From positions 1 to 59,854 of IMG/VR virus record IMGVR_UViG_3300030419_008063: a stretch of 59,854 bases of DNA, one strand, 5' to 3'. How positions within the stretch are numbered: the stretch's first letter is position 1; every line of letters begins with the position of its first letter. The notes beneath the pieces are model-generated. The model did no database searches, was not told the DNA's origin, and saw only the letters and a list, made by a program, of their open reading frames with translations. Origin of the DNA: a virus. Its lineage: Duplodnaviria > Caudoviricetes. A program made the translations under genes and the position numbers. Shown here piece by piece: positions 1 through 8,029 of this stretch.

Positions 1-90
1 AATCAAGTAGATGCCCAGTGGATATTGGACATAAGAGAATGGAAGTATCCAGAGACAAACAAAAAGAATAATAATAACAAGGGGATATAA
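1..90 (+). CDS. 3' end of a hypothetical protein (partial)
   Basis: Open frame NQVDAQWILDIREWKYPETNKKNNNNKGI* from the window edge to TAA at 88-90. Confidence 0.5.
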   Translation, partial: NQVDAQWILDIREWKYPETNKKNNNNKGI

Positions 91-92
91 GA

Positions 93-188
93 ATGATAGA
101 CTTTCTTATTCAGTATGGGGAAGCTATAGGAGCCTTACCTCTTTTAGTATCAGGTATAGCAATGGTAATATACACAGAACTTTTATAA
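93..188 (+). CDS. 31-aa small membrane peptide
   Basis: Manual translation MIDFLIQYGEAIGALPLLVSGIAMVIYTELL*; hydrophobic; starts 2 nt after the upstream stop, GGGGA upstream. Confidence 0.45.
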   Translation: MIDFLIQYGEAIGALPLLVSGIAMVIYTELL

Positions 189-412
189 ATATAGCTGCAC
201 ATTATAGCAGTACTGTAAAGTTGTTCAGTGGGTTATGGGGGTAAAGCAATTAGAAAGTTATAAAGCTTTGAAAAGATTGGGAGATCTTAGAAAGCGATCT
301 AAAAGAGATCGGAAAGTGGTTGGATCTAGTACATGCACGAAAGAATTGCAAGAACTTTATAAAACTTTTTTATAACTGCATGTTTTGCAAAGGCTTTTCA
401 ACTTAGAAATAT

Positions 413-441
413 TTGACTTTCCTTTCCCAATTTGTTATAAT
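413..441 (+). promoter_or_regulatory. sigma70-type promoter with extended -10 (early promoter)
   Basis: TTGACT (413-418), 17-bp spacer ending TGT, TATAAT (436-441); upstream of the ORF at 488. Confidence 0.85.
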
Positions 442-487
442 AGGGGAGTAAAGACAAAGAGACACCAAAAACAAAAGGGAGTTCACA

Positions 488-781
488 ATGAAAAAAGCTT
501 ATACTATCACAATCGAATCAGGTTCCAAGGTTGGCAAGGCTGTCATCATGGCAAAGTCTTACAAAGATGCTATGAGCCAAGCCCTTAAAGCTTGCCCGGC
601 TGGCTTCAAAGTTTCCAAGGTTCAAGAGAACGCAAAAGAACAGATGGTTCGATTTGTCGGTTCTCCTAGAGGCCCTCGCTGTGCTTTGGCTGGCGTTGTG
701 GATAGAGGAAGCCTTTATAAGCGAACCAGCAAGCCGGCCTTCTGGGCTGGAAAAAAGGACAAGAAATTTAAAAGTTGCTGA
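488..781 (+). CDS. hypothetical basic protein (likely early)
   Basis: 97-aa ORF, AAGGGAG SD, directly behind the consensus promoter. Confidence 0.8.
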   Translation: MKKAYTITIESGSKVGKAVIMAKSYKDAMSQALKACPAGFKVSKVQENAKEQMVRFVGSPRGPRCALAGVVDRGSLYKRTSKPAFWAGKKDKKFKSC

Positions 782-839
782 TTTCTAAAACACTGTATTC
801 ATGCGGCTTTGATTAGCCCCCCTTCTAAAGGATGATAAA

Positions 840-1064
840 ATGATTAAATACGATCCCATGGAACTCTTTGCAATGCTCTCTGATGCCACTCGCAAGGCCA
901 TCATAAACCAAGCGCCCTCTATGTGGGATGACCCCGCGCGGAACGACATCCCAGTGCCAGAGGGTTTTGATGAAGCTTGGAATGAAGCCTTAGAGCGCGA
1001 GGCCCGAAGGGCCGAGCATGAGGGGCTTTCAGTTTGCGGCGATGACGAATGGGGGAAGCGTTAG
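840..1064 (+). CDS. hypothetical acidic protein
   Basis: 74-aa ORF with AAGGA SD. Confidence 0.75.
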   Translation: MIKYDPMELFAMLSDATRKAIINQAPSMWDDPARNDIPVPEGFDEAWNEALEREARRAEHEGLSVCGDDEWGKR

Positions 1065-1078
1065 TAAAATTTAAAAAG

Positions 1079-1096
1079 CTTTGCAATTTTGCAAAG
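1079..1096. repeat. inverted repeat CTTTGCAA-TT-TTGCAAAG followed by a C-rich tract
   Basis: Perfect 8-bp arms; CCCCCTCCCCCCCTCTCCTCTCC at about 1107-1129. Confidence 0.6.
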
Positions 1097-1323
1097 TGGG
1101 AGAACACCCCCTCCCCCCCTCTCCTCTCCGGAATGTAAATCCCTAATGATTCCGGGCACTTAGGGCGGCCTAATACACGCACGACACACACAGCAAATTT
1201 TGGGAAAATTGAAAAGGGTAAAAAAAGACCCCCCCTTAAAAAAATACGTAGAAAAAAATGCAAGACTTTGTGCTCCTTTCAAAGAACGAAAACTTCTTCT
1301 CAAAACTATTTATGTTATAAAAC

Positions 1324-1352
1324 ATTATAACAAAAACGTCGAGTTAAGTCAA
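1324..1352 (-). promoter_or_regulatory. sigma70-type promoter with extended -10 pointing into the non-coding junction
   Basis: Minus strand reads TTGACT, 17-bp spacer ending TGT, TATAAT. Confidence 0.75.
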
Positions 1353-1376
1353 GAAAAAAATAATATATTTTTAAAA

Positions 1377-1610
1377 TTATTCAGGCGAAACGGGTGTCCA
1401 CTCAGGCTTTTGAATTTCCGCCGATAGTTCGGCTCCGGTATAAACAGTAAGACCCAAGGCAGCAACCCATGAAGGGTTGTTCCCAATCCATTTCAATATA
1501 GACTTCGAGCCGTCAACAGATTTGCGAACTGTGTCGCGGGAAGTTTGAACGCAATCTTCGATCATTTGATCGGTGATAGCATTTGTGTCAATAATTGTGT
1601 AAGTTCTCAT
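1377..1610 (-). CDS. small tail-fibre-associated protein
   Basis: 77 aa, QTSRDTVRKSVDGSKSILKW; resembles small proteins that follow LamG virion genes in aquatic phages; AAGGA SD. Confidence 0.7.
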   Translation of the reverse strand: MRTYTIIDTNAITDQMIEDCVQTSRDTVRKSVDGSKSILKWIGNNPSWVAALGLTVYTGAELSAEIQKPEWTPVSPE

Positions 1611-1665
1611 TTCAAATTATCCTTTAGCTATATAACACTAGACGGTACCTTCTTCTGCTAATTTT

Positions 1666-2946
1666 CTAGAAGATGTTTTGAAGGCTTCCATCTTCACGGA
1701 TTCTAAAAAGGGCGGGCTCGGTGAATATTAGCGCGTTCGCATCTCCTGCACCGGGTGTAGAGCCCGTTTGGAGAAGCGCTATAGCGGCACCTCCTATGTC
1801 TAACCAATAATACCCTGCCCGTAATTCTGTTGCGTTCGGTGCAGCGGCGAGCGCGCTGGCATTAAAACTGTGCTCTGTTTGTAAGCTGGTTGGGCCGCTG
1901 CCGCCAGCTTCTGATTTAAAGACTCGAAGTGTGGTTTCGGCAAAAGTAACTGGCTGATCAAAAACAACCGGATGCAATGGCTTTTCGTTGTAAGTATTTT
2001 TTTGATAATTTGCGCCAGTTAGTGCAAAGTTGCAATCCATGTGATAGCCGCCATTGAAAAGCTTATCAACTTGGCCGGCATTTAAAGCAAAGTTCCATAC
2101 TGCAAGGTTTGATAAACCACCAGACAAAAGCTGGCGGCTTCCTAAATAATGAACGTCAAGGGCTGCGCCACCAATTCCTAAACATCCAGATCCAGTTTCG
2201 TTTGTTACGGTGCCCGATGGAGCTGTTGCGTTTGACGTAGCAGCAACGGCATTGTTTGTAACTCCCCCAACGGAACTGCTTCCAACGTCATAATACTCTA
2301 CTCTTTCTTGTTTGCCATCTTTATAAAATTTTATACTGCTGTGTGTTCCAGAGCATGCAGTTGTTGCATCTCCATTTGCGGAGCCAGAATATACAACCAC
2401 CCAGTGGTATGGATCAGATGATCCTATTTGAGTACTGGCAGTAACTTGCATTAAATTTCCCGCAGAGTCGCCAACCATAATTGCCGGCTTTCCAGAGCTA
2501 AGCTTCACTCCCCAGCCTCCGAGACGGGCTCCTGTAACGCCATCCCAAAAGCTAATAATATCATTATTGGAAATAATTTGATTATGGCACCAAAAGGAAA
2601 CAGACCATGAATCTGTTTTTGAAAATCTTAGACTATCATCAGCAACACAGCGAATTCTTTCATCCACCCAATCAAAGTGCATCATATATCGATCAGATCC
2701 TGATGCCGGCAACCTAGACGGTATTAGCTTTAGGCCACCACCGTCAAAGGCTCCCCATGTGCCCAAGGACCAATTATCATTTTCCATATTAATACACGTT
2801 CCGGACATGTCATGTGTAAAGTTGCCGGATAGCGAAGCATTTGCAATGGTTTTTGTTCCACCTACAAATCTGGCGTAATCCGAGCCGTCAAAGCGCCAAT
2901 ATGCAACGGGATAAACGTAGGAAGTGTTTTGGTTGAATACAAACAT
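1666..2946 (-). CDS. LamG/concanavalin A-like domain virion protein
   Basis: PVAYWRFD, WSVSFW, YHWVVVY, IKFYKDG, LSNLAVWNFALNAGQVDKLFN are typical LamG-3 elements. Confidence 0.8.
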   Translation of the reverse strand: MFVFNQNTSYVYPVAYWRFDGSDYARFVGGTKTIANASLSGNFTHDMSGTCINMENDNWSLGTWGAFDGGGLKLIPSRLPASGSDRYMMHFDWVDERIRCVADDSLRFSKTDSWSVSFWCHNQIISNNDIISFWDGVTGARLGGWGVKLSSGKPAIMVGDSAGNLMQVTASTQIGSSDPYHWVVVYSGSANGDATTACSGTHSSIKFYKDGKQERVEYYDVGSSSVGGVTNNAVAATSNATAPSGTVTNETGSGCLGIGGAALDVHYLGSRQLLSGGLSNLAVWNFALNAGQVDKLFNGGYHMDCNFALTGANYQKNTYNEKPLHPVVFDQPVTFAETTLRVFKSEAGGSGPTSLQTEHSFNASALAAAPNATELRAGYYWLDIGGAAIALLQTGSTPGAGDANALIFTEPALFRIREDGSLQNIF

Positions 2947-2963
2947 TTCTGATTTCCTTATTT

Positions 2964-3338
2964 TTAGCTATATGATTTGGATAGGTTGGCAAGAAAATTT
3001 GTCCCGTCGTAAACAGCAGATAGAAGATCAACTGCATTTGCCGTTGTAGAAAGAACTGGTTCTCCTCCGCCCGGAAATTTAAACTTGTTTCCATACGCCA
3101 AGGTTCTACCTCCGGTCCCATCTTGTACGATAATCCAAAGATAAGTTGCACCAGTTTGCATGTTTGTTGGATTTGACAATGTTCGGTTTCCCCCCAAGGT
3201 AACCTTGTGGCTATTACCGTCATCGCAATTTGTTGCAATGTTTATTCCATCTGTCAGTGTGTTTATTGATGAATACGCTTGTCCTGTGACTTCTAAGTTG
3301 TCTGCGATTTGGCCGCGGCCGGGTTTATATCCACCCAT
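2964..3338 (-). CDS. small beta-rich tail/virion protein
   Basis: VTLGGNRTLSNPTN...IVQDGTGGRTLAY...FPGG..P.LST.ANAVD, a module common in phage tail fibres; AGGAG SD. Confidence 0.75.
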   Translation of the reverse strand: MGGYKPGRGQIADNLEVTGQAYSSINTLTDGINIATNCDDGNSHKVTLGGNRTLSNPTNMQTGATYLWIIVQDGTGGRTLAYGNKFKFPGGGEPVLSTTANAVDLLSAVYDGTNFLANLSKSYS

Positions 3339-3445
3339 TTGAATTTCTCCTTATAACTGTTTGGCAGGTTTCTCCTATAATTAGTATTATAATTCAAATT
3401 TGGAAAGTTTCAAAAAGTCCTTATTTTTTGGCTTTCTAAGCTTTT

Positions 3446-3622
3446 CTAAGGGTCTTTTTCTTTTGTGGGATGTCCTTCTATGTTTTCGAAAGCTTTCTGC
3501 TCTTCAGGACCTTTGTACGGCTTGCTGTAAGGGTCCTTGCTTTGTTCGTCCCATGCTAATAAACCCAACGTAAAAAAACATACCACGACTGTTAGGAAAT
3601 AAGCAATATCTAATAAATTCAT
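3446..3622 (-). CDS. 58-aa single-pass membrane protein
   Basis: Manual translation MNLLDIAYFLTVVVCFFTLGLLAWDEQSKDPYSKPYKGPEEQKAFENIEGHPTKEKDP*; AAGGA SD; below the ORF-track cutoff. Confidence 0.6.
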   Translation of the reverse strand: MNLLDIAYFLTVVVCFFTLGLLAWDEQSKDPYSKPYKGPEEQKAFENIEGHPTKEKDP

Positions 3623-3637
3623 TTGTAATCCTTTCGA

Positions 3638-3644
3638 CTATTTA
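3638..3644 (+). promoter_or_regulatory. candidate phage late-promoter motif CTATTTA
   Basis: Intergenic, 30 nt before the ATG at 3675; the same motif recurs before several operon starts. Confidence 0.5.
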
Positions 3645-3674
3645 TATTATAACACACTATTGCGGAGATTGTCA

Positions 3675-3977
3675 ATGAAACTTACAAAAAAAATTTTAGA
3701 AAAAATTATTTTCGAAGCAATTCAAGAAATTAGGGAACGCGAAATGCTTGCGCCTAATCTAAACACTGCTAGTTTATATGCCGCCCTTGTTACTGACGAT
3801 ATTGGGCCGCAATTTGAAAAAGAACAGCTTGCTGCCGGCTTAGAAGAAGTTGTGGTATGGCTTAAGGAAAAAGAAGAGCTAACCAAAATTGCTCAAGAGA
3901 TTGTAGATATTGCTGAAGAAATGTATCCCGATAAATGGGACGAAGTTATAACTGGGCTTTATAAACTTGTAAAATGA
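3675..3977 (+). CDS. hypothetical protein with head-protein-like N-terminus
   Basis: MKLTKKILEKIIFEAIQEIRE; GGAG SD before ATG 3675. Confidence 0.75.
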   Translation: MKLTKKILEKIIFEAIQEIREREMLAPNLNTASLYAALVTDDIGPQFEKEQLAAGLEEVVVWLKEKEELTKIAQEIVDIAEEMYPDKWDEVITGLYKLVK

Positions 3978-3989
3978 TAGGAAGAATAA

Positions 3990-4529
3990 ATGAGAATCGA
4001 CCATATTGCCTACCGCGTAAAAGACCGACACAAAACTGTAAAATTTTTTATTGATACTTTGGGTTATAAAATTCCTGATGATTTGCCTGATGGCTTTGAA
4101 ATAGAATTCGAAGATGGTTCAAAGGCAAAGTGTTATGCTTTGGTCCCTCCGGAAAAAATCAAGGCGGAGGCTAGATACCTAACCGCTCCTTGGGTTTGCG
4201 GAGAATATCACCTGCCTCCTGAACTTTTTATTTCGGACGGAACAGAAGGTTCAATTGTTGGAGAGTGGGTTAAGGGTCGAAACAATGTTGGCGGAATTCA
4301 TCATATCGCCTATCAAGTTGATTCTGTTGAAAAAGTAATGGAAGAGTGGAAAGAAAAAGGCTATGCTGAATTTACAACTGATAAACCTCTTACATGTCCC
4401 GGCTTGGTTCAAGCTTTTACAAAACCTTCTGAACTAACCGGTATTATTTATGAGTTTATTGAACGGGAAGGTCATGGCTTTTGCGAAACCAATGTTAAAG
4501 ATCTGATGAAAAGTACGGAGGGATTATGA
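3990..4529 (+). CDS. VOC-family, 4-hydroxyphenylpyruvate dioxygenase-like protein
   Basis: RIDHIAYRV, GGIHHIAYQVD, LVQAFTKP, YEFIERE-GHGFCETNVKDLM parallel the HPPD C-terminal domain; His-His-Glu metal ligands present. Confidence 0.75.
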   Translation: MRIDHIAYRVKDRHKTVKFFIDTLGYKIPDDLPDGFEIEFEDGSKAKCYALVPPEKIKAEARYLTAPWVCGEYHLPPELFISDGTEGSIVGEWVKGRNNVGGIHHIAYQVDSVEKVMEEWKEKGYAEFTTDKPLTCPGLVQAFTKPSELTGIIYEFIEREGHGFCETNVKDLMKSTEGL

Positions 4530-4802
4530 ATGAAAAAAACTATTTTTTTTATTTTTTTGTTAAAAATTTTCGGCGTCGGGGTTTTGATGGCCGCGCCGAA
4601 GGTTGTAGTCAAAAAAGGAAAGGATCGTATTGTTTATAAAAAAAATACGGAAATAAATTTCAATGATCGAATTGTTGATGGCGAATTGGTTCGTCCTTCT
4701 GGAGCTTATCATCAAAGTCGAGCCCGCGCCAAATTCAACAGCCTCATTATGTATAAGAAAGATTTTTTGAAAGAAATGTTGAAAAAGGCAAAAACTTTAT
4801 AA
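4530..4802 (+). CDS. cglF: adventurous gliding motility protein CglF/GltF homologue
   Basis: Signal peptide followed by DRIVYKKNTEINFND..VDGELVRPSGAY...RAKFNSLI..KKDF..EM.K.A..L, matching the myxobacterial CglF pattern as I recall it; length about 90 aa fits. Confidence 0.8.
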   Translation: MKKTIFFIFLLKIFGVGVLMAAPKVVVKKGKDRIVYKKNTEINFNDRIVDGELVRPSGAYHQSRARAKFNSLIMYKKDFLKEMLKKAKTL

Positions 4803-4809
4803 TTCAATC

Positions 4810-6378
4810 TTATTTTATTTTCTTTTTTAGTTCTTCTACTTCTGCCGATAGTTCTTGTACAGCTTTGACCAATATTGGGATAAGCTCCGCTTTTGCAATA
4901 CTCTTGATTTTGAAACCAAACTTTTCATGCACATGCGGATCTTCAGCAACCATTTCCGGATATACTTGTTCGCAATTTTGAGCACTAAAGCCTATTTTAT
5001 TTAATTTTGTATTATATCGATATAGCGGATTCCATCTGTACTCGATTAGCTCCAAACCGTTGATCGTCTCCAATCCTTTAATTTGAGTTGGATTGATGTC
5101 AGTTTTGATTCTAATGTCCGATCCATTAAAAAGTTCAGGGTTCGCAACTGTTGAGCCGCAGCGAATTCCCCCGCCATCGTCCCCATCACCATCTTGGAAC
5201 TGTAAATAAACACATTTTCCCTGACCTGATGGATTGCCCTCTCCTGCCCTAACTAAGATCCCGGTGTCTTTTTCAGAACCGCCGGCTCCTGAACCGCCGG
5301 GGGCCAACGTTCCGGAATGCCATACGAACAAAGCATTTCCGCCATTATGACCACCCGTATGACCTTTTCCAACGGCAAGAACCATCGCCTCCCCCGAAGA
5401 AGAAACATAAAACAGAGGGCTTCCGGCAGTTTCGGTACAGGTAGCATTTATAAGAAATGAATTATTTCCGCCCGGAATAGGTTTTATAGCACCGCTGACA
5501 AAAAGAGAATTCAAATCGCCACTTGATTTTCCAGCATCGGTAGGGCCGATGATTAACTGCCCTATTTTATCTGCGGCTTCATTGGCATTTACGTAAAGTC
5601 TTCCATGGAGTGCGCCATTTGCAAAAGTGTTTGTTCCGATGGCAACAGAGCCAGAATAATTAATAGTGAAGAGAGGGCTACCATGTGTTTTTCCGCCAAG
5701 GGGCGCGCCGCTACCGGCCCTACGGATTCCGTGTTCTGTTTCATTGTTCTGAATAATGAAAGAATTGTTTACGTGTGGGAAAGACAATCCGAATGAATTT
5801 TTATAAACATCATCCCAATTTGGGCCGAAAGTTCCAACTTCCCACAAGGCCGAACCAGTTCCAGCAAATGCTATCGTATTGGTGGCAAAAGCAGATTCTT
5901 CAGCCTTAATTTTTAAGGGCGAATGATTGACTACCGCTGTGGTCGGAGCAAAAATTTCTAAAGTATGTGCCGAAGAGCCAGATATAAATGCAGAGCCTGT
6001 TATAATATGGTTGACTGATGAAGCTTTTCCGGCGTTTAGATTTCCGCGAATAGTAGCCGAACCTGTAATGCCCAAATCTTTAGCTTCGATCCTTTCAGCA
6101 ATTTGAAGCTTGCCAGAGCCACTTATATCTCCGGCAACCGTCAACACGCTTCCGTCGAAAGTTAAATTTTCTTCCCCATTGAGAGCTTCTGTTGAAGAAA
6201 AAGTTGCAACTCTATTATTAGCTCCATTCTCTACTGAAGATACCGGCGGGGTTACTACAACTGTGTTGCCATTTGAATCTAGACCTAGAAAACTTCCTTT
6301 TCCGGCAACAGAACCGGAAACTACTTCGGAAGAGACAAGATCGATTAAATGTTGTACGCTTTTTATATGTAAAGACAT
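4810..6378 (-). CDS. tail fibre with C-terminal peptidase S74 intramolecular chaperone
   Basis: Gly/Ser-rich body; SDIRIKTDI...IGFSAQN..QVYPEMV...LIPILVKAVQELSAEVEELK. Confidence 0.85.
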   Translation of the reverse strand: MSLHIKSVQHLIDLVSSEVVSGSVAGKGSFLGLDSNGNTVVVTPPVSSVENGANNRVATFSSTEALNGEENLTFDGSVLTVAGDISGSGKLQIAERIEAKDLGITGSATIRGNLNAGKASSVNHIITGSAFISGSSAHTLEIFAPTTAVVNHSPLKIKAEESAFATNTIAFAGTGSALWEVGTFGPNWDDVYKNSFGLSFPHVNNSFIIQNNETEHGIRRAGSGAPLGGKTHGSPLFTINYSGSVAIGTNTFANGALHGRLYVNANEAADKIGQLIIGPTDAGKSSGDLNSLFVSGAIKPIPGGNNSFLINATCTETAGSPLFYVSSSGEAMVLAVGKGHTGGHNGGNALFVWHSGTLAPGGSGAGGSEKDTGILVRAGEGNPSGQGKCVYLQFQDGDGDDGGGIRCGSTVANPELFNGSDIRIKTDINPTQIKGLETINGLELIEYRWNPLYRYNTKLNKIGFSAQNCEQVYPEMVAEDPHVHEKFGFKIKSIAKAELIPILVKAVQELSAEVEELKKKIK

Positions 6379-6411
6379 TTTATTTCTCCTATTATTATTA
6401 AATAGAAAAAT

Positions 6412-6443
6412 AAAAGAAAAAAGGCGGGCCGACGGCCCGCCTT
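6412..6443 (-). terminator. intrinsic terminator
   Basis: 10-bp perfect stem AAGGCGGGCC/GGCCCGCCTT (6421-6443), 3-nt loop, U-rich tail on the minus strand. Confidence 0.8.
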
Positions 6444-6560
6444 AAAAAGAGGATTTTATCCCTCTTCTCTTTTGTGCGACACCATTAGCTGAATAGCAGT
6501 ATCGCACCCTATGGGAGAGCAGCCTTCGGAATCAAATTCGATTCTTTTGTGTGAAGACTT
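6415..6560 (-). ncRNA. candidate structured small RNA
   Basis: Own -10 (TATAAT, 6566-6571 minus) with TTTAAA 17 bp upstream, several stems, no ORF, ends at the terminator. Confidence 0.5.
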
Positions 6561-6672
6561 TCTATATTATAGAACATTTTCTTTCTTTTTTAAAAAAAAA
6601 GAAACTTTTTATTTTTTCTGACGATATATATATGTTTGCCTAAAAATAAATCAATACAAGGAGTGTTTAAAA

Positions 6673-6768
6673 ATGTTCGATAGTTTTTGGGGGCCAATGT
6701 GGATTTTGGCTACATGGGGCGCGGTTCTTTTTGGATTAGCATACTTAAAATATTATATTGAAAATTAG
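6673..6768 (+). CDS. 31-aa membrane peptide
   Basis: MFDSFWGPMWILATWGAVLFGLAYLKYYIEN*; AAGGAG SD. Confidence 0.65.
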   Translation: MFDSFWGPMWILATWGAVLFGLAYLKYYIEN

Positions 6769-6785
6769 AAAGGAGATACCATCTA

Positions 6786-7415
6786 ATGGCAAATTCCCTA
6801 AAACAAAAGAGAGAAAAGTTAGAAAATTTTATGACACAAAATATTAAAGGTTTTGAAATTAGAAGTAAAGAAGATAGTTTTTTGATGAAATTTCTTTCAT
6901 ACATAATCTTTTTCAACAAAGGGTTTATGACTAGATTTGTGACCACTTTTTACCCACATGTTTATGTGCCCAAACTTCCATGGAATGAAGATAATAATTT
7001 AGGAGCTATAGCAACATTAGCTCATGAATGGGTTCATCTGTATGATAGGCAACGATTAGGATGGTTTTTCAATTTTCTTTATCTATTTCCTCAGTGTTTG
7101 TTTGTTCTTGGCCTGTTGGGAATTTGGAATCCTTGGTTTTATTTTTTCTTCTTATTCATCTTACCTTTTCCATCTCCGGGAAGAGCATGGGCTGAATTTC
7201 GCGGATATAGAATGACTATTGCAGCATACTATTGGATGACCGGCATGAGAATCGATGTAAAGTCTGTTGTTGATCATTTTGTTAATTCAAATTATTATTT
7301 TATGTGGCCATTTAGAGGCTGGTTGATGAGAAAGTTTCAAAAAGAATGTGTAAAAATACAAAATGATGTATTGACTGCCGAACTAACCATTGTGAAGAAC
7401 ATACTGCGTAATTAA
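6786..7415 (+). CDS. membrane-associated HExxH zinc metallopeptidase-like protein
   Basis: LAHEWVH, hydrophobic hairpin, downstream Glu in RAWAEFRGY; AAGGAG SD. Confidence 0.7.
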   Translation: MANSLKQKREKLENFMTQNIKGFEIRSKEDSFLMKFLSYIIFFNKGFMTRFVTTFYPHVYVPKLPWNEDNNLGAIATLAHEWVHLYDRQRLGWFFNFLYLFPQCLFVLGLLGIWNPWFYFFFLFILPFPSPGRAWAEFRGYRMTIAAYYWMTGMRIDVKSVVDHFVNSNYYFMWPFRGWLMRKFQKECVKIQNDVLTAELTIVKNILRN

Positions 7416-7489
7416 TAAAAACTCAGAGCAAAAACGTTTGAAAACATCTAGTTACTTATGGTAGACTAATAGTGGAGAGGTGTGATCAA

Positions 7490-7810
7490 ATGAAAAAACC
7501 GAAATTTCCTAGTCCAAGTTCTTCTTTAGTTGATGGTGGGTACGAATCAAGCGAATATACAAATACTCACAAAATATTGGCAAACAGCATGTTCATGAAA
7601 GCCGCGGATGTCTCTTGCGAGAGGGAAAGAGCTTATATGAGTAGTGATGAGCTATATTATCTCGCCAATTCTTTGACCGGTCTAAAGAGCGAAAAATACC
7701 AAAGAGCACTAATAGATATGATCCACTTACAGTGTGACGAAGATTCAGTTTATAGATTTATGCAATTTTTGTCGGATGACTTCAAGGAGAGTGTAATGTA
7801 TTCTTGTTAG
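7490..7810 (+). CDS. hypothetical protein
   Basis: ORF with GAGGTG SD before ATG 7490. Confidence 0.7.
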   Translation: MKKPKFPSPSSSLVDGGYESSEYTNTHKILANSMFMKAADVSCERERAYMSSDELYYLANSLTGLKSEKYQRALIDMIHLQCDEDSVYRFMQFLSDDFKESVMYSC

Positions 7811-7822
7811 GGAGGATGCTTT

Positions 7823-8029
7823 GTGGACCTCTACATAAAAGTTACTTGTACTGTATGCAAGGGAACGGAAGCAACATGGTATGGCAATCACTGCCCGTAT
7901 TGTAGCGTTGGAAAAATGTATGTCGCAGTTACAAAACAAAATTTGCTAAATTATATTTTAGAATTTGAAAAGGAAGATAAATATAAAATATTTAAAACCC
8001 TAAAGGAAGATATAGAAAATGAAAATTGA
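7823..8029 (+). CDS. small zinc-finger protein
   Basis: CTVCKG...CPYCSVG (DnaJ-like CxxCxG pairs); GGAGG SD, GTG start. Confidence 0.7.
   Translation: MDLYIKVTCTVCKGTEATWYGNHCPYCSVGKMYVAVTKQNLLNYILEFEKEDKYKIFKTLKEDIENEN

Noticed and set aside
385-588. 67-aa ORF
   Set aside because: Spans the promoter and overlaps the SD-supported ORF at 488
919-1263. 114-aa minus-strand ORF with a TTG start and AAGGAG upstream, behind the 1352 promoter
   Set aside because: Runs through homopolymer tracts, overlaps a better + strand gene and has unnatural composition; kept only as part of the junction finding
1200-1427. 75-aa + strand ORF
   Set aside because: TTG start without SD, crosses a promoter and A-tracts, overlaps the 1377 gene
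4810-6378. Diversity-generating retroelement target
   Set aside because: No reverse transcriptase or template/variable repeat pair seen in the window
6415-6560. tRNA, tmRNA, hammerhead or c-di-GMP/c-di-AMP riboswitch
   Set aside because: No cloverleaf with T-arm/CCA, no CUGAUGA-GAAA core, and the consensus elements I recall do not match
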